Positions 44,175 to 54,039 of a DNA stretch of 64,000 bases are shown in pieces. The position numbers and the translations under genes were made by a program. This stretch comes from Kiritimatiellia bacterium (GTDB lineage: Bacteria; Verrucomicrobiota; Kiritimatiellia; RFP12; UBA1067): NCBI GenBank assembly GCA_017463935.1, contig JAFUEM010000028.1:751-64750 (forward strand). The letters run 5' to 3'. The first letter of the stretch is position 1, and each line of letters begins with the position of its first letter. The notes beneath the pieces were generated by a model that saw only the letters and a list, made by a program, of their open reading frames with translations, was not told the origin of the DNA and ran no database searches.

Positions 44175-44885
44175 TCAATCCAATGTCAGCAGCAACGCCA
44201 TCTTGAACGGCTTTTCGGCGCGGACCCAATGTGCGCCGTTCTTGGCGAACGCGAAGTTCTCCCCCGGCTTGATGACGTGTTCCTTGCCCTCGTAGCCGAT
44301 CACGCCCTCGCCGTCGAGCGCGAAGATCAGCGCCTCGCCCGGTGCGGCGTGTTCGCTCAAACCCGTACCGGCGGCGAAACTCATCAATACGAACTTCAAT
44401 TTCGGCTCGTTGATGATGTCCTTGTTGACGATGCGCCCCTCCGCGCAGGGAAGAACGTCCTTGAGCGCGAATACTTCGCCTGGATTCAGTTTCATTTTAT
44501 GTTCCTTTCCTGTTTCGATTTCGGTGTAAACTCCGCCGCGCTCCGACCTGACGCCGACCGGAACGCCGATGGGCGTGACAAACAGATCGCCTTTTCTGAG
44601 GACAGGATTAACAAGATTGACATGATTTTCCTGCTCTCTTAATTCTGTTAATCCTGTAAATCCTGTCGCGTCCGATACGCTCGGCACCACTTCAAGTTCG
44701 CCGTCCACGACAATCCACAGTTTGTGGTAGCCGTATGTCTCGGGGCTGATGTCTGTTCCGGCCGAAAGGGCGAAATGGGAGATGCGCCGTCCGTCGACGT
44801 CCGCCACGACCTTCGAGACCGTGCAGCCCTCGACTGGCGCATTCTCCGCCGCTATCGAGAAAACCTCTCCTTTGCGTTCGTTCAT
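44175..44885 (-). CDS. bicupin domain protein
   Basis: 236 aa, two cupin-like halves. Confidence 0.65.
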   Translation of the reverse strand: MNERKGEVFSIAAENAPVEGCTVSKVVADVDGRRISHFALSAGTDISPETYGYHKLWIVVDGELEVVPSVSDATGFTGLTELREQENHVNLVNPVLRKGDLFVTPIGVPVGVRSERGGVYTEIETGKEHKMKLNPGEVFALKDVLPCAEGRIVNKDIINEPKLKFVLMSFAAGTGLSEHAAPGEALIFALDGEGVIGYEGKEHVIKPGENFAFAKNGAHWVRAEKPFKMALLLTLD

Positions 44886-44895
44886 GGCGTCTCCT

Positions 44896-45636
44896 TCACG
44901 AATCGATTATCTTCCCGTCGAGCGAGAGTGTGACGACCTGCCAGGGGATGAACTTGCCACTTGCTTGCAACGCCTTCTTCGCGGCCATCTCAAGCCCACC
45001 GCAGCAAGGGACCTCCATGCGCACGATGGTGACGGACTTGATGTCGTTCTCGCGCAAGATCTCCGTCAGCTTCTCCGAGTAGTCCACGGGATCGAGCTTC
45101 GGACAGCCGACGATCGTCACCTTACCGCGCATGAACTCTTGATGGAAGTTCGCGTAGGCGTAAGCCGTACAGTCGGCGGCGATGAGCAGTTTCGCGCCTT
45201 GGAAGAACGGCGCATTGACCGGCACAAGCCGAATCTGGCACGGCCACTGAGAAAGTTGAGAGTTGTCTTGCCGGGGCGGAAGTGGCGCAGTGTCACGGTT
45301 GAACGTGCGCATTGCCTTGCCAGGGCAGCCGCCGGGTGGCGGAGTATGTCCTTCTGGATGCAGAGCCATTCCACCAGTCTTCATCTTTTCCTGCATCTTC
45401 GCCATCTTCCGCTCTTGCACGGCCTTTTCGTCGTATGCGGCGGCCTCGCGCTCGACGATCTTGATCGCTCCGGCGGGGCATTCGGGCAGGCAGTCGCCCA
45501 TACCGTCGCAGTAGTCGTCCTTGACGAGCTTCGCCTTGCCGTCCACCATCGCGATTGCGCCCTCGTGGCAGGCGTTCGCGCACAGCCCGCAGCCCGTGCA
45601 TTTCGTTTCGTCTATCTCGACTATCTTCCTTTTCAT
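44896..45636 (-). CDS. 4Fe-4S dicluster domain protein with C-terminal CCG-type domain
   Basis: Start MKRKIVEIDETKCTGCGLCANAC (AAGGAG SD); second cluster motif CDGMGDCLPECP; C-terminal MEVPCCGG. Confidence 0.65.
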   Translation of the reverse strand: MKRKIVEIDETKCTGCGLCANACHEGAIAMVDGKAKLVKDDYCDGMGDCLPECPAGAIKIVEREAAAYDEKAVQERKMAKMQEKMKTGGMALHPEGHTPPPGGCPGKAMRTFNRDTAPLPPRQDNSQLSQWPCQIRLVPVNAPFFQGAKLLIAADCTAYAYANFHQEFMRGKVTIVGCPKLDPVDYSEKLTEILRENDIKSVTIVRMEVPCCGGLEMAAKKALQASGKFIPWQVVTLSLDGKIIDS

Positions 45637-45831
45637 GTCGTCTTGACTCCTTTCTCGTGATGACGGCGCATAGTATAGCATTTCCGCCGAACAGAATATG
45701 TTGGCACGACAACATATTGATCATCGTCCGCAAGGGATGCACGCCGTTGGTGTTTTTATCTCACGCAGAGAAGCAGAGAAGCGGAAAACGCAGCGTCTGC
45801 CATCCAAGGGAAAATGATATAATATTTCTCG

Positions 45832-46512
45832 ATGCAACAGGAAGACACCTATTTGCTGGCGCGGGCCAAGCGATCCGCGCTGTTTGACGGAATCGGCACC
45901 GAAAAGCTCGCGGCGCTGCTGTCCTGCCTTGGTGCGCGTCGCCGCCGCCTTGCAAAAGGCGAGGCGCTGATGCACACGGGCGAGAAAGCCGATCGTATCG
46001 GCGTCGTGCTGTCGGGCTCGCTGGCCGTCTCGACCTACGACCTCTCCGGACGCCACACGCTCATCAAACACATCGGCGTAGCGGAAATCGTCGCCGCCGC
46101 GCAGTCGCTCGCGGGCGCCGCCACGCTCGGCGTCGATGTCGAGGCCGTTGAGGCGTCCGATGTGCTGATCCTGAAAGCCGACCGCATTCTCGCGCCGTGC
46201 GAAAATGCCTGTACGTTCCACACGCGCCTCGTGCGGAATCTGATGCAGTCGCTGGCGGTCAAGACGCTGGAGCTCAATCGCAAGATCGACATCCTTTCGC
46301 ATCGCTCCACGCAGGACCGTCTGATGGCCTACCTGCACACCGTTGCGCAGCAGAAAGGTTCAAACGAATTCGACATTCCTTTCGACCGTCAGCAACTCGC
46401 GGACTTCCTCTGCGTCGAGAGGAGTGCCCTTTCTGCTGAAATCAGCCGGCTGTCTAAACTCGGCCTCATCACATCGCGGAAAAGCCACTTCGCCCTGCAC
46501 CGCAACATTTAA
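45832..46512 (+). CDS. Crp/Fnr family transcriptional regulator
   Basis: cNMP-binding-like N-terminal domain and C-terminal HTH (RQQLADFLCVERSALSAEISRL). Confidence 0.85.
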   Translation: MQQEDTYLLARAKRSALFDGIGTEKLAALLSCLGARRRRLAKGEALMHTGEKADRIGVVLSGSLAVSTYDLSGRHTLIKHIGVAEIVAAAQSLAGAATLGVDVEAVEASDVLILKADRILAPCENACTFHTRLVRNLMQSLAVKTLELNRKIDILSHRSTQDRLMAYLHTVAQQKGSNEFDIPFDRQQLADFLCVERSALSAEISRLSKLGLITSRKSHFALHRNI

Positions 46513-46542
46513 TGACCAGCCCGCGCGCGCCGCACAGCGGAG

Positions 46543-47028
46543 TCAGGCGAGCTCTTTGTAGTACGGGCAGATATTGGCGAAGGAGCCGTCCTTCATGCGA
46601 AAGCCGTGCGGAATGGTACCGAGCTGTGTGAAGCCAAGTCGCTCGTAAAGATGCCGCGCGTGTGCATTGCTTTCAACGACAGCGTTGAATTGAAGAACCC
46701 GGAACCCGTGTTCCTTCGCCTGTGCGAGGCAGTCAAGGACAAGTTTCTCGCCGATGTGCCGCCCCCGGCATCTCGAGCTGACGGCGTAGCTAGCGTTGCA
46801 GATGTGTCCGCAGCGTCCGACATTGTTCGGATGGAGAATGTAGAGGCCCACAACTTCCCCGCCTTCGTCCAACGCGACGCCCGTGTATGTCTGTGCTGCG
46901 AAGAATTCCTTTCCAGTGTCGTGCGTCAGCTGTTCTTCCTGCGGGAACGCGTCTCCCGCCTCCACGATCTCGTTCCAGATGGCAATCATGCCGTCGATGT
47001 CATTCTCTTCGTGATTTCGGATTGTCAT
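46543..47028 (-). CDS. GNAT family N-acetyltransferase
   Basis: ORF 46543..47049; acetyl-CoA binding motif RCRGRHIGEKL. Confidence 0.8.
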   Translation of the reverse strand: MTIRNHEENDIDGMIAIWNEIVEAGDAFPQEEQLTHDTGKEFFAAQTYTGVALDEGGEVVGLYILHPNNVGRCGHICNASYAVSSRCRGRHIGEKLVLDCLAQAKEHGFRVLQFNAVVESNAHARHLYERLGFTQLGTIPHGFRMKDGSFANICPYYKELA

Positions 47029-47038
47029 TTGCGTTTGG

Positions 47039-47386
47039 TTACCTTTCAATTGGATGGTAGTCGATCTTCGATTCCTCGTCGGCCGCTTCGAGCTTCATGA
47101 TGACGGAGCGGAGTCCGTCGTTGCAGCTCACGATGGCGACGCCCGGCTTCTTGATCCAGTCGCCGTAGTAGAAGAGCGACTTGTCCGCGCCGTGCGCGAG
47201 CGCAAACACATACTGGTAGATCGCCTTCCACGCCTCGTCGCAGAATCCCAGAGGCTTCGCATAGTCGGCATAGAACACGTCTCCCGCCTTCATCATCGGA
47301 CAGGCGGTCAACCCGTCGATGCCGTATTCCGCCGCAAGCTCCTTGTCGAGCGTCGTCTTCAGAATCGTGACTTTTACCTTCTTCAT
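47039..47386 (-). CDS. TIGR04076-like small protein, copy 2
   Basis: About 92% nt identity to 10569..10916. Confidence 0.55.
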   Translation of the reverse strand: MKKVKVTILKTTLDKELAAEYGIDGLTACPMMKAGDVFYADYAKPLGFCDEAWKAIYQYVFALAHGADKSLFYYGDWIKKPGVAIVSCNDGLRSVIMKLEAADEESKIDYHPIER

Positions 47387-47397
47387 GTTATTCTCCT

Positions 47398-47731
47398 TCA
47401 CTCCCTGCCGAGAAACGGCCCGGCTTCCCTATCGGTGGCTTCGAGTTTGAAGTACACAGGGCGAAGGCCGTCGTTGCAGCATGTGATGACCTTGCCCGGT
47501 TCCTTCATCCATCCGCCGCCGTAGAACTCGCGCACCCCGCAGGCGAGGGCGAACACGTACTGGTTGATCGTGCGCCACGCGGCGTCGCACATTCCCTTCG
47601 GGCATGTATTTGTCGCGTAGAAAACCTGCCCGGCTTTCAAGACGGGACACGGCTCGAGATTCGGCACGGCGTATTCATCCGCAAGGTCTTTCTTGAGCGA
47701 TGTCTCAAGCACTGTTATTTTTACGACTGTC
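47398..47731 (-). CDS. TIGR04076-like paralog
   Basis: MTVVKITVLETSLKKDLADEYAV...; GGAGGG SD; roughly 45% aa identity to the other copies. Confidence 0.5.
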
Positions 47732-47783
47732 ATAGATCCCTCCATTTTGAATTTTACGACGAATCGTTTTGACGTTGTCATGA

Positions 47784-47872
47784 GGGAGGGCCGACCTCCG
47801 TGTCGGCCTTTCCCGACGCGGCCGGGACGGCGCCCGGCCCTCCCAGCGTGGGGACAGCGCCCGGCCCTCCCA
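47784..47872. repeat. REP array (GGGAGGGCCGACCTCCGTGTCGGCC and GGCCGGGACRGYGCCCGGCCCTCCC hairpin units)
   Basis: Palindromic GC-rich units repeated; same units at 48361..48497 on the other side of the RAYT gene. Confidence 0.6.
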
Positions 47873-47885
47873 CATTTGCCTTGTG

Positions 47886-48360
47886 TTATCGATCATGCCA
47901 TTCCAGAATATTCATTTCACCTTGATACGGCCAGTCATCCGCATTATCGACAAGGCCACGACGCACTGGGTTATTCCGCACATATTCCCACTTTGCCGCA
48001 TAACTGTCTCCACTGCGGAGTTGCGTATCCCAGCAGTTCCGCTGCCACAGCGGAATGCTGTGCTCGACGGGAAAGGTCCGCGACGAAAGCGACTTCCAAT
48101 AGTTGAGCCAACGATGGAAATCAGGCGGTGGATATGTTGATGGTGCGCAGAAGAAATGTATGTGATCGGGCATGATGACAAAACGCCCGACAAGCCAGTT
48201 GTCGGCTTTTCGCCACGCGTTGATTATACAATCAAAGGCGATCTTGTTGTCCAGCACCTTTTGTCGAAGATTCGCAACTATGGTAACGAAAAGAACAATC
48301 GTCCTGTTGTCATGCGTCAACAGAACTGAGTTCTTCGATGGCCGCTTGCGCCCACGCATG
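47886..48360 (-). mobile_element. REP-associated tyrosine transposase (RAYT, IS200-like HUH)
   Basis: HUH motif MPDHIHFF, catalytic Tyr region AAKWEYVRNNP; flanked by REP arrays; the ORF track's 5' extension to 48581 is REP-encoded. Confidence 0.7.
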
Positions 48361-48497
48361 GGAGGGCCGACCTCCGTGTCGGCCATTTCCCCCGCGGCCG
48401 GGACAGAGCCCGGCCCTCCCGCAACCATGCACATGGGAGGGCCGACCTCCGTGTCGGCCTTCTTCGCCGCGGCCGGGACGGTGCCCGGCCCTCCCGG
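48361..48497. repeat. REP array flanking the RAYT gene
   Basis: Three or more copies of the same palindromic units as 47784..47872. Confidence 0.6.
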
Positions 48498-48543
48498 CGT
48501 GCCGCCGTCACCAAAAGAAATCGTCGCTCGGCTTTGCATCCCA

Positions 48544-49125
48544 TCACACCTTTTTAAACACGAGCCCCGCCTTGAATGCATCGGCGGCCTTTTCGCCGAC
48601 CGCGAGATAGCGCCAATTCTCCTCGTCGTAGATGATCGGCTTGAGCTTCTCGAGCGAATACTTCCCGCGCTCGTCGAGGATGCTTTCGTCGGCCTGTATG
48701 TTCACGACCTCGCCCGTAATCTGCACGTGACTGCCGATTGTGACCGTATTCACGACCTTGCACTCGACAACCAGCTTCAGCTCGTTGATGACAGGCGCAT
48801 TGACCTTCTCGGCTTTCGTCACCGTCCAGCCGACTTCGGCAATCTTGTCGTGCTCGTAGCCGGACGCGATGCCGATATAGTCCGCCTCCGCCACCTGCTC
48901 AATGCTCGGATAACCGATCGTGAACGCGCCGGAGTGCAGGATGCTTTTCAGCGTCTTGCGCTTCGCCGTCGCGTTGATTGCGATGGTCAGGCACGGCGGC
49001 TTGTGGCTTGACGGCGTGTAGAACGCAAGCGTGCAGGCATCCGCCTTGCCCTTCTCGTCATACGCCGCCGCGATGATCGCGGGCGTCGGCGAAACAACCG
49101 CCCGCAGCTTGAGAGATTTCTTCAT
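48544..49125 (-). CDS. flavin reductase-like FMN-binding protein (paralog 2)
   Basis: Start MKKSLKL with AAGGAGG SD. Confidence 0.75.
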   Translation of the reverse strand: MKKSLKLRAVVSPTPAIIAAAYDEKGKADACTLAFYTPSSHKPPCLTIAINATAKRKTLKSILHSGAFTIGYPSIEQVAEADYIGIASGYEHDKIAEVGWTVTKAEKVNAPVINELKLVVECKVVNTVTIGSHVQITGEVVNIQADESILDERGKYSLEKLKPIIYDEENWRYLAVGEKAADAFKAGLVFKKV

Positions 49126-49598
49126 ATTGCATCCTCCTTGCATCGCCAGTATTTGTCGGTGTGTTTGATGGCGTGATGAAAAGCGAGGAAAACTACAGCT
49201 GCCGGCAAGAGCGCAAGCACGACAACTGCTCGTCCAGCTATAATTGCTGCAATCACAACCATCGCGGCGAACAGGAAGGCCAACGCAGCTATCAACCAGC
49301 CAAGAACCGGCGAGTCTGACTGCTTGCGCAATTTTTGTCTTATGGCGTCCATCTTGGCGGAGCCTAGCGTCGGCATGCTGTCCGCAGCCTTGAGGACTTC
49401 AACAGTCCTGCTCCATGTCCATACACCACATGGAGAACGTTTGTAACCAAGTTTCTCCATGTGAAACAATATCCTTAGCGTGCGAAGGCCCCTAATCGCG
49501 ATGTAGCACCATGCCACGAGAAAGCACAAACAAACTGCCGCCGCCGTGCCCAAGAACGCGACGAGCGCAGGGTGGTCTAATAGTTCGTTCGGAGTCAT
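49122..49598 (-). CDS. hypothetical membrane protein
   Basis: 158 aa with two or three hydrophobic segments. Confidence 0.45.
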   Translation of the reverse strand: MTPNELLDHPALVAFLGTAAAVCLCFLVAWCYIAIRGLRTLRILFHMEKLGYKRSPCGVWTWSRTVEVLKAADSMPTLGSAKMDAIRQKLRKQSDSPVLGWLIAALAFLFAAMVVIAAIIAGRAVVVLALLPAAVVFLAFHHAIKHTDKYWRCKEDAI

Positions 49599-50155
49599 GA
49601 ATGCAGTAACTTCCCGACGGAGAATGCGGGGGCAACGACATCACCCATGATGCGATAGACGTGCTGGCAGGGGTCGAAGCAGATCGGCTTCATCTTCGCG
49701 GCGTCGGGCTTGCCGTCGGTAAGCGCCGCTTCCTCGACCGCGCAGTTGATGATCTTCCCGACGACGTTGCAGCTCTCCTCGTTCATCGAGACAAGTTCGC
49801 ATTCAAGGACGAGCGGCAGCTCGTTGACGACCGGTGCGTTGACGAACTCGCTCTTCGTGAGCGTGAAGCCGCTCTTGGCGACCTTGTCGGACGTCTTGTT
49901 GCCGCTGGCGAGTCCCAGGTAGTCGCAGGCCGCGACCTTGTCGGCGGTGCCGAAGGCGACGGTGAACGCCTTTCGTGCCGCGATGTTGCCCCAGGTCTTG
50001 TGCGAGGTGTCGATGCAGATCGTTATCTCGTCCTCGAGCGTGATCCCACCCCATGCGGCGTTCATCACATCGGGCGTTCCGTCTTCCCCGTAAGTGCCGA
50101 TCATCAACACCGGCATCGGAAACATCCAGTTCTTCTTGTCAAAGTTCTTTTTCAT
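49595..50155 (-). CDS. flavin reductase-like FMN-binding protein (paralog 3)
   Basis: Start MKKNFDKKNW with AAGGAG SD. Confidence 0.75.
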   Translation of the reverse strand: MKKNFDKKNWMFPMPVLMIGTYGEDGTPDVMNAAWGGITLEDEITICIDTSHKTWGNIAARKAFTVAFGTADKVAACDYLGLASGNKTSDKVAKSGFTLTKSEFVNAPVVNELPLVLECELVSMNEESCNVVGKIINCAVEEAALTDGKPDAAKMKPICFDPCQHVYRIMGDVVAPAFSVGKLLHS

Positions 50156-50196
50156 GGTGCGGTCTCCTTTTCCTCTATAGACTTGCATGATTCTCT

Positions 50197-51570
50197 TTAG
50201 CGCTGCCAACCCTCTATCTTGCAGATGCGCTCTGCCAGCTTGCGTTCGGGCTTACCGGAGTCTGGCTTGAACCACACTTCTATTCGCGCCACATACGGCT
50301 TGCCCCAGTCACCTTCGTAGATCGTGAACTCGTTTTCGTAGAGGAACTTCTCGTCCGGATCCTGCGACCAGCCAATACGCTCGTTTGAGCTGCCGTAAAG
50401 ACGTCCCTCCGACAGGCGCGTCCCTTTCGTTACCTCGTATGCCTTCAGATAAGCCACGCCAGGTTCACCCGGATTGAGTCGCAATGTCAGATTGTAGATG
50501 CCTGGCTGCATGCCGTCGCGAAGCACGAATTCCTCAGGTCCGCGCTTGACCGCATCCGCCGGCAATTTAAGCTCGGCAAACTCCGCCTTCAGGAATGACA
50601 AAGCCGCATTGGTGATGCGCCTTTCGCGCGCCGGTGTCTGCTCGAACACCTCTACGCAGAAGTCTTTGTCGCCGAAACACTCGCAGCTTGTGAAATCGCC
50701 AGGATTAGCCGTGGAACCTCCCCATTCGCGCAACCCAGCCACGACCGTTGCCGTTGCCGGATGCTCCGCGCCTTTCTTCCGCCCGAATGGCGAATACGGA
50801 AACCCGAGAGTCGTCCGTGTCTGAAAGCGCGTGGTTCTCTGGTGGGCCTCGAAATTCTCGCCGGGACGCATCGTGCGCGAATTGCCCGAATAGTATCCGT
50901 GAAGAGGATGATTCCAGATTTCTCGCACACGCAAGCGGCGTGTCGCACTTAGGTGTCCATGGTCTTCGTGCAGCCACCAGCCAGGATGGCGGGCGAGATA
51001 TGCCATCAGTTCGTCACGCCGATTGTGGACTAAATCCGCTAGCCCGGAAAGATCGCAGGTCACCGTGGCATCTTCGCCGCCGTCTTTTGCAAGGCTTTTG
51101 AAAACGCTCAGGGCGAAGTCGTCGTCATAGACATCGGCAGTGCTGAACTGGCAGCCTTCGAAACCGCTTTCGGGCGTTACGATTGTCGCCTCGACTTCCG
51201 GAGGAATCGTCAGCGCGTCGGCAAAGTGGTCCTCGCTTGGGCCAAACATCACCCTGAAAAACAGCATCGCAACCGCGCAAAGGAAGCCGACCATCCATGC
51301 CACGCCAAGAACTGTCTGCAACAATGCTCGCTTCCAGCGTCGCTTGAAAAGCGAAACAACCCATGCGACAAAATACACGATTCCCGCAATCAGCAGCAAC
51401 GCCAGCAGCGCAAACCCGACATAGCGCACAATCGGTTTCTGCACCGTTCGCGCAAGAAAAAGATCGAGAATCGTCACAGCGACAAGCAGAGCCGTTGCGC
51501 CGCACAATACGACGAACGCGCCGTACCATGTGTCGAACAGGAATTGAACAAGGCCTTTCTCAGTTTTCAT
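50197..51570 (-). CDS. hypothetical membrane-anchored protein (457 aa)
   Basis: Four N-terminal TM helices then a large soluble domain; no recognisable motif. Confidence 0.5.
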   Translation of the reverse strand: MKTEKGLVQFLFDTWYGAFVVLCGATALLVAVTILDLFLARTVQKPIVRYVGFALLALLLIAGIVYFVAWVVSLFKRRWKRALLQTVLGVAWMVGFLCAVAMLFFRVMFGPSEDHFADALTIPPEVEATIVTPESGFEGCQFSTADVYDDDFALSVFKSLAKDGGEDATVTCDLSGLADLVHNRRDELMAYLARHPGWWLHEDHGHLSATRRLRVREIWNHPLHGYYSGNSRTMRPGENFEAHQRTTRFQTRTTLGFPYSPFGRKKGAEHPATATVVAGLREWGGSTANPGDFTSCECFGDKDFCVEVFEQTPARERRITNAALSFLKAEFAELKLPADAVKRGPEEFVLRDGMQPGIYNLTLRLNPGEPGVAYLKAYEVTKGTRLSEGRLYGSSNERIGWSQDPDEKFLYENEFTIYEGDWGKPYVARIEVWFKPDSGKPERKLAERICKIEGWQR

Positions 51571-51622
51571 CGTGATTAATTCCTTACTGGAATCTTGGTG
51601 TCAGCCATTGGATTGAAAGCGG

Positions 51623-52000
51623 TTATGCACGGAAAGCCCTCGCATCGAGCAGCGGGACTTCCTTGAAGTGCTTTGCGTTTCCGCTAAGAAGCGTGTCGCC
51701 GCTTTCAAGTGCCGTGGCGAAAATCAGCGCGTCGCATACGCCGAGGTCGCTTTTCAGCGCCGTGGACTCCATTATGGAAATCGCGCGGGTTGAGATTTCC
51801 GCAGTCACGGGCAATGTAGCGAAGCCGAGTATCGAAAGGAAGCGCTTCATTGAAAGCATTTCCGCCTTGTTCCTGACGCCTTGCAGAAGCTCCATGTAGG
51901 TGACGGAGGAAATAGAGCGCGTTGTCGCCTCGTCTATCGCATCAAGTGCCTTTCCGTTGCCGCGAAAAGCCCATATCATCACGTCGGTGTCGAAGATCAT
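51623..52000 (-). CDS. vapC: PIN-domain toxin VapC
   Basis: MIFDTDVMIW... with conserved acidic residues (D4, E, D). Confidence 0.7.
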   Translation of the reverse strand: MIFDTDVMIWAFRGNGKALDAIDEATTRSISSVTYMELLQGVRNKAEMLSMKRFLSILGFATLPVTAEISTRAISIMESTALKSDLGVCDALIFATALESGDTLLSGNAKHFKEVPLLDARAFRA

Positions 52001-52266
52001 GCGAACCTCCGCCGCGCACGGAGATTGCGGACATACTCGGTCGGCGACGTAAGGTCGTCGCGGTCCGCCCACATTCCGGCAGCTGCGCAATCCCTTGCGG
52101 ACGGCGTATTCGGCTTCGCGTCTTCCCATGCGACCATTATTGCCCAGGGGCGTCCGTGTGAAGAGACGGTGACGCGCTCGCGCCGAGAGATCGCGCCTTG
52201 GATTTCGGGCATACGCCTCCTGAAGTCAAGCATTGTGGCATTCATCTTTTGCTCCAATATGCTCAT
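51997..52266 (-). CDS. vapB: Phd/YefM-like antitoxin VapB
   Basis: 89 aa; 4 nt overlap with vapC. Confidence 0.55.
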   Translation of the reverse strand: MSILEQKMNATMLDFRRRMPEIQGAISRRERVTVSSHGRPWAIMVAWEDAKPNTPSARDCAAAGMWADRDDLTSPTEYVRNLRARRRFA

Positions 52267-52285
52267 TTAAACTGTGCATATTGTA

Positions 52286-52774
52286 TCATATGCAGTTGCT
52301 TTGTGCAAGGGGGCAATGGGTTAGTTGCCTGTAGCACTCGTACGCGGCGATGGAGACGGCGTTTGCAAGGTTGATGCTTCGCGCATGTTCGCCGGGCATG
52401 GGGATCTTGAAAAGCGATTCTTTGTAGCGGTCGTAGAAGTCCTTTGGCAGTCCTGACGACTCATTCCCGAACACAAGCGCGTCGCCTTCGGAAAAACGGC
52501 ATTCGTATAGTGACTTCTCTCCGTGCGTCGAGAGAAAGAAGAGTCGCTTGGGCTTTGCCGCCGCAAGATACTCATCCCAAGTGTCGTGAAGCACGACGTC
52601 GAGATGCGGCCAGTAGTCGAGACCTGCGCGGGCGACGTAGCGGTCGTCGAGGGCGAAGCCGAGGGGTCTTACGAGATGAAGCGGCACGCCCAGCCCCACG
52701 CAGAGTCGGCCTATCGCCCCTGTATTGTGCGGGATTTCAGGACGCAGGAGGACGATTGAAAAGCAATGCTTCAT
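52286..52774 (-). CDS. trmL: tRNA (cytidine/uridine-2'-O)-methyltransferase TrmL (SpoU family)
   Basis: SPOUT motifs LVFGNESSGLP and IPM-x-SLN. Confidence 0.8.
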   Translation of the reverse strand: MKHCFSIVLLRPEIPHNTGAIGRLCVGLGVPLHLVRPLGFALDDRYVARAGLDYWPHLDVVLHDTWDEYLAAAKPKRLFFLSTHGEKSLYECRFSEGDALVFGNESSGLPKDFYDRYKESLFKIPMPGEHARSINLANAVSIAAYECYRQLTHCPLAQSNCI

Positions 52775-52992
52775 AGTGGCTCGGACCGCTTCATCAGCTT
52801 CCCATCGCGCTCAATGGTCTCGAAGAACATCTTTGCGGGACGTACCCACAAGCCACCATCGCCGTAAAGGGCGCGATACACGACCATCTCCTCCAGCGGC
52901 TCTGAGTCCTTGGCGAACCCTTCAAGGCGGTAGCGGTTACCCTTGAAGTGCCGGAGCTCGCGCCTGACCAGACCTGTCTTATCTTCATCCAT
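52771..52992 (-). CDS. DUF1653 family protein
   Basis: HFKGNRYRLEGFAKDSEPLEEMVVYRALYGDGGLWVRPAKMFFE; paralog at 54036..54269. Confidence 0.65.
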   Translation of the reverse strand: MDEDKTGLVRRELRHFKGNRYRLEGFAKDSEPLEEMVVYRALYGDGGLWVRPAKMFFETIERDGKLMKRSEPL

Positions 52993-53047
52993 GTCCTACC
53001 CTCATATCCTACTGCCCTGATCGAAGACCAATCTGCCATGTTGTTTT

Positions 53048-53419
53048 CTACCTTGCATGGGTAAAGGGTCCGCCTTCAGCCTGTGTGCCGCACCACGAAC
53101 ACTGCGCTTGACCAGAAAGGATCGTGCGACCGCACTGGCGACATGTCAGAGGGTCAGTCTGAGTCGAGTCCTGGCCGTCAAGCCGACCATCGCGCATGTC
53201 TATCTCCTGTACCTTGGTATCAAGATCGGCATCCGTGAGGCCTGCTTTATCTTTTAGCAACTCCCACATTGCCTGGACGACCAGATACAGCCGTTCCGTG
53301 TTCTTTCGCGTCTTGTCGGATGACATGGCGCTTTCACGCGCGACATCGCGGGCGTGTTGAGCATCAACTTGCGCGATGAAGTTCTGCGCATACTCAATAT
53401 GCTGTCCCAGACCACTCAT
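53048..53419 (-). CDS. hypothetical protein with C-terminal zinc ribbon
   Basis: CRQCGRTILSGQAQCSWCG. Confidence 0.45.
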   Translation of the reverse strand: MSGLGQHIEYAQNFIAQVDAQHARDVARESAMSSDKTRKNTERLYLVVQAMWELLKDKAGLTDADLDTKVQEIDMRDGRLDGQDSTQTDPLTCRQCGRTILSGQAQCSWCGTQAEGGPFTHAR

Positions 53420-54039
53420 CAATCACTCACCTTTCTATTTTCATTGTCGGCACTACCTTCTTTGCGAGATTCTGCAACCCAGGCGTCGAGCATGGTCCGC
53501 GCTATCGATCCGTGGCGGGGGATTTCCGGCAGGTGCGCGCGGTCGAACCACCCGGACTCCACGACCTCCTCGCCGTCGGGCTTGAGTTCGCCGGAAGCGT
53601 ACTCCGCCCTGAAGCCGATCATGATGTTCGACGGGAACGGCCACGTCTGCGATCCGAAGTAGCGGATGTCCTTCACCTCGATGGACGCCTCTTCGCGGAC
53701 TTCGCGTCTGATGGCGTCCTCCAGACTTTCGCCCGGATCGACGAATCCGGCGACAAGCGACCACACGACGCCACGGTAGTGTGTATTCCTCTGCAGGAGC
53801 ACCTTGTCGCCTTTCGTGACGAGGACTATCACGGCGGGCGAAATCCTGGGATAGACCGTGTAGCCGCATTTCGCGCACACGAGCGCCCGTTCGTCGGGAT
53901 TGGCGTGCGGCTTCATCTCCGCGCCGCAACGTCCGCAGAAGCGGTTGCTCTCGCGCCATTCGGAGATCTCCGCCTCACGCGACGCCTCGCGCATCTCGTC
54001 GGGAGTCATGTCGCGGAAAGTGTCTCGGAGGTTCTTCAT
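53419..54039 (-). CDS. nudC: NAD+ diphosphatase (NudC-type NUDIX hydrolase with zinc ribbon)
   Basis: CGRCG...CAKCG zinc ribbon then Nudix box GFVDPGESLEDAIRREVREEASI. Confidence 0.8.
   Translation of the reverse strand: MKNLRDTFRDMTPDEMREASREAEISEWRESNRFCGRCGAEMKPHANPDERALVCAKCGYTVYPRISPAVIVLVTKGDKVLLQRNTHYRGVVWSLVAGFVDPGESLEDAIRREVREEASIEVKDIRYFGSQTWPFPSNIMIGFRAEYASGELKPDGEEVVESGWFDRAHLPEIPRHGSIARTMLDAWVAESRKEGSADNENRKVSD

Noticed and set aside
47886-48581. Full 231 aa ORF reported for the transposase
   Set aside because: The N-terminal 74 codons are translations of REP palindromes (repetitive GGPGTVPAA... peptide); true start set at the Met preceding the HUH domain.
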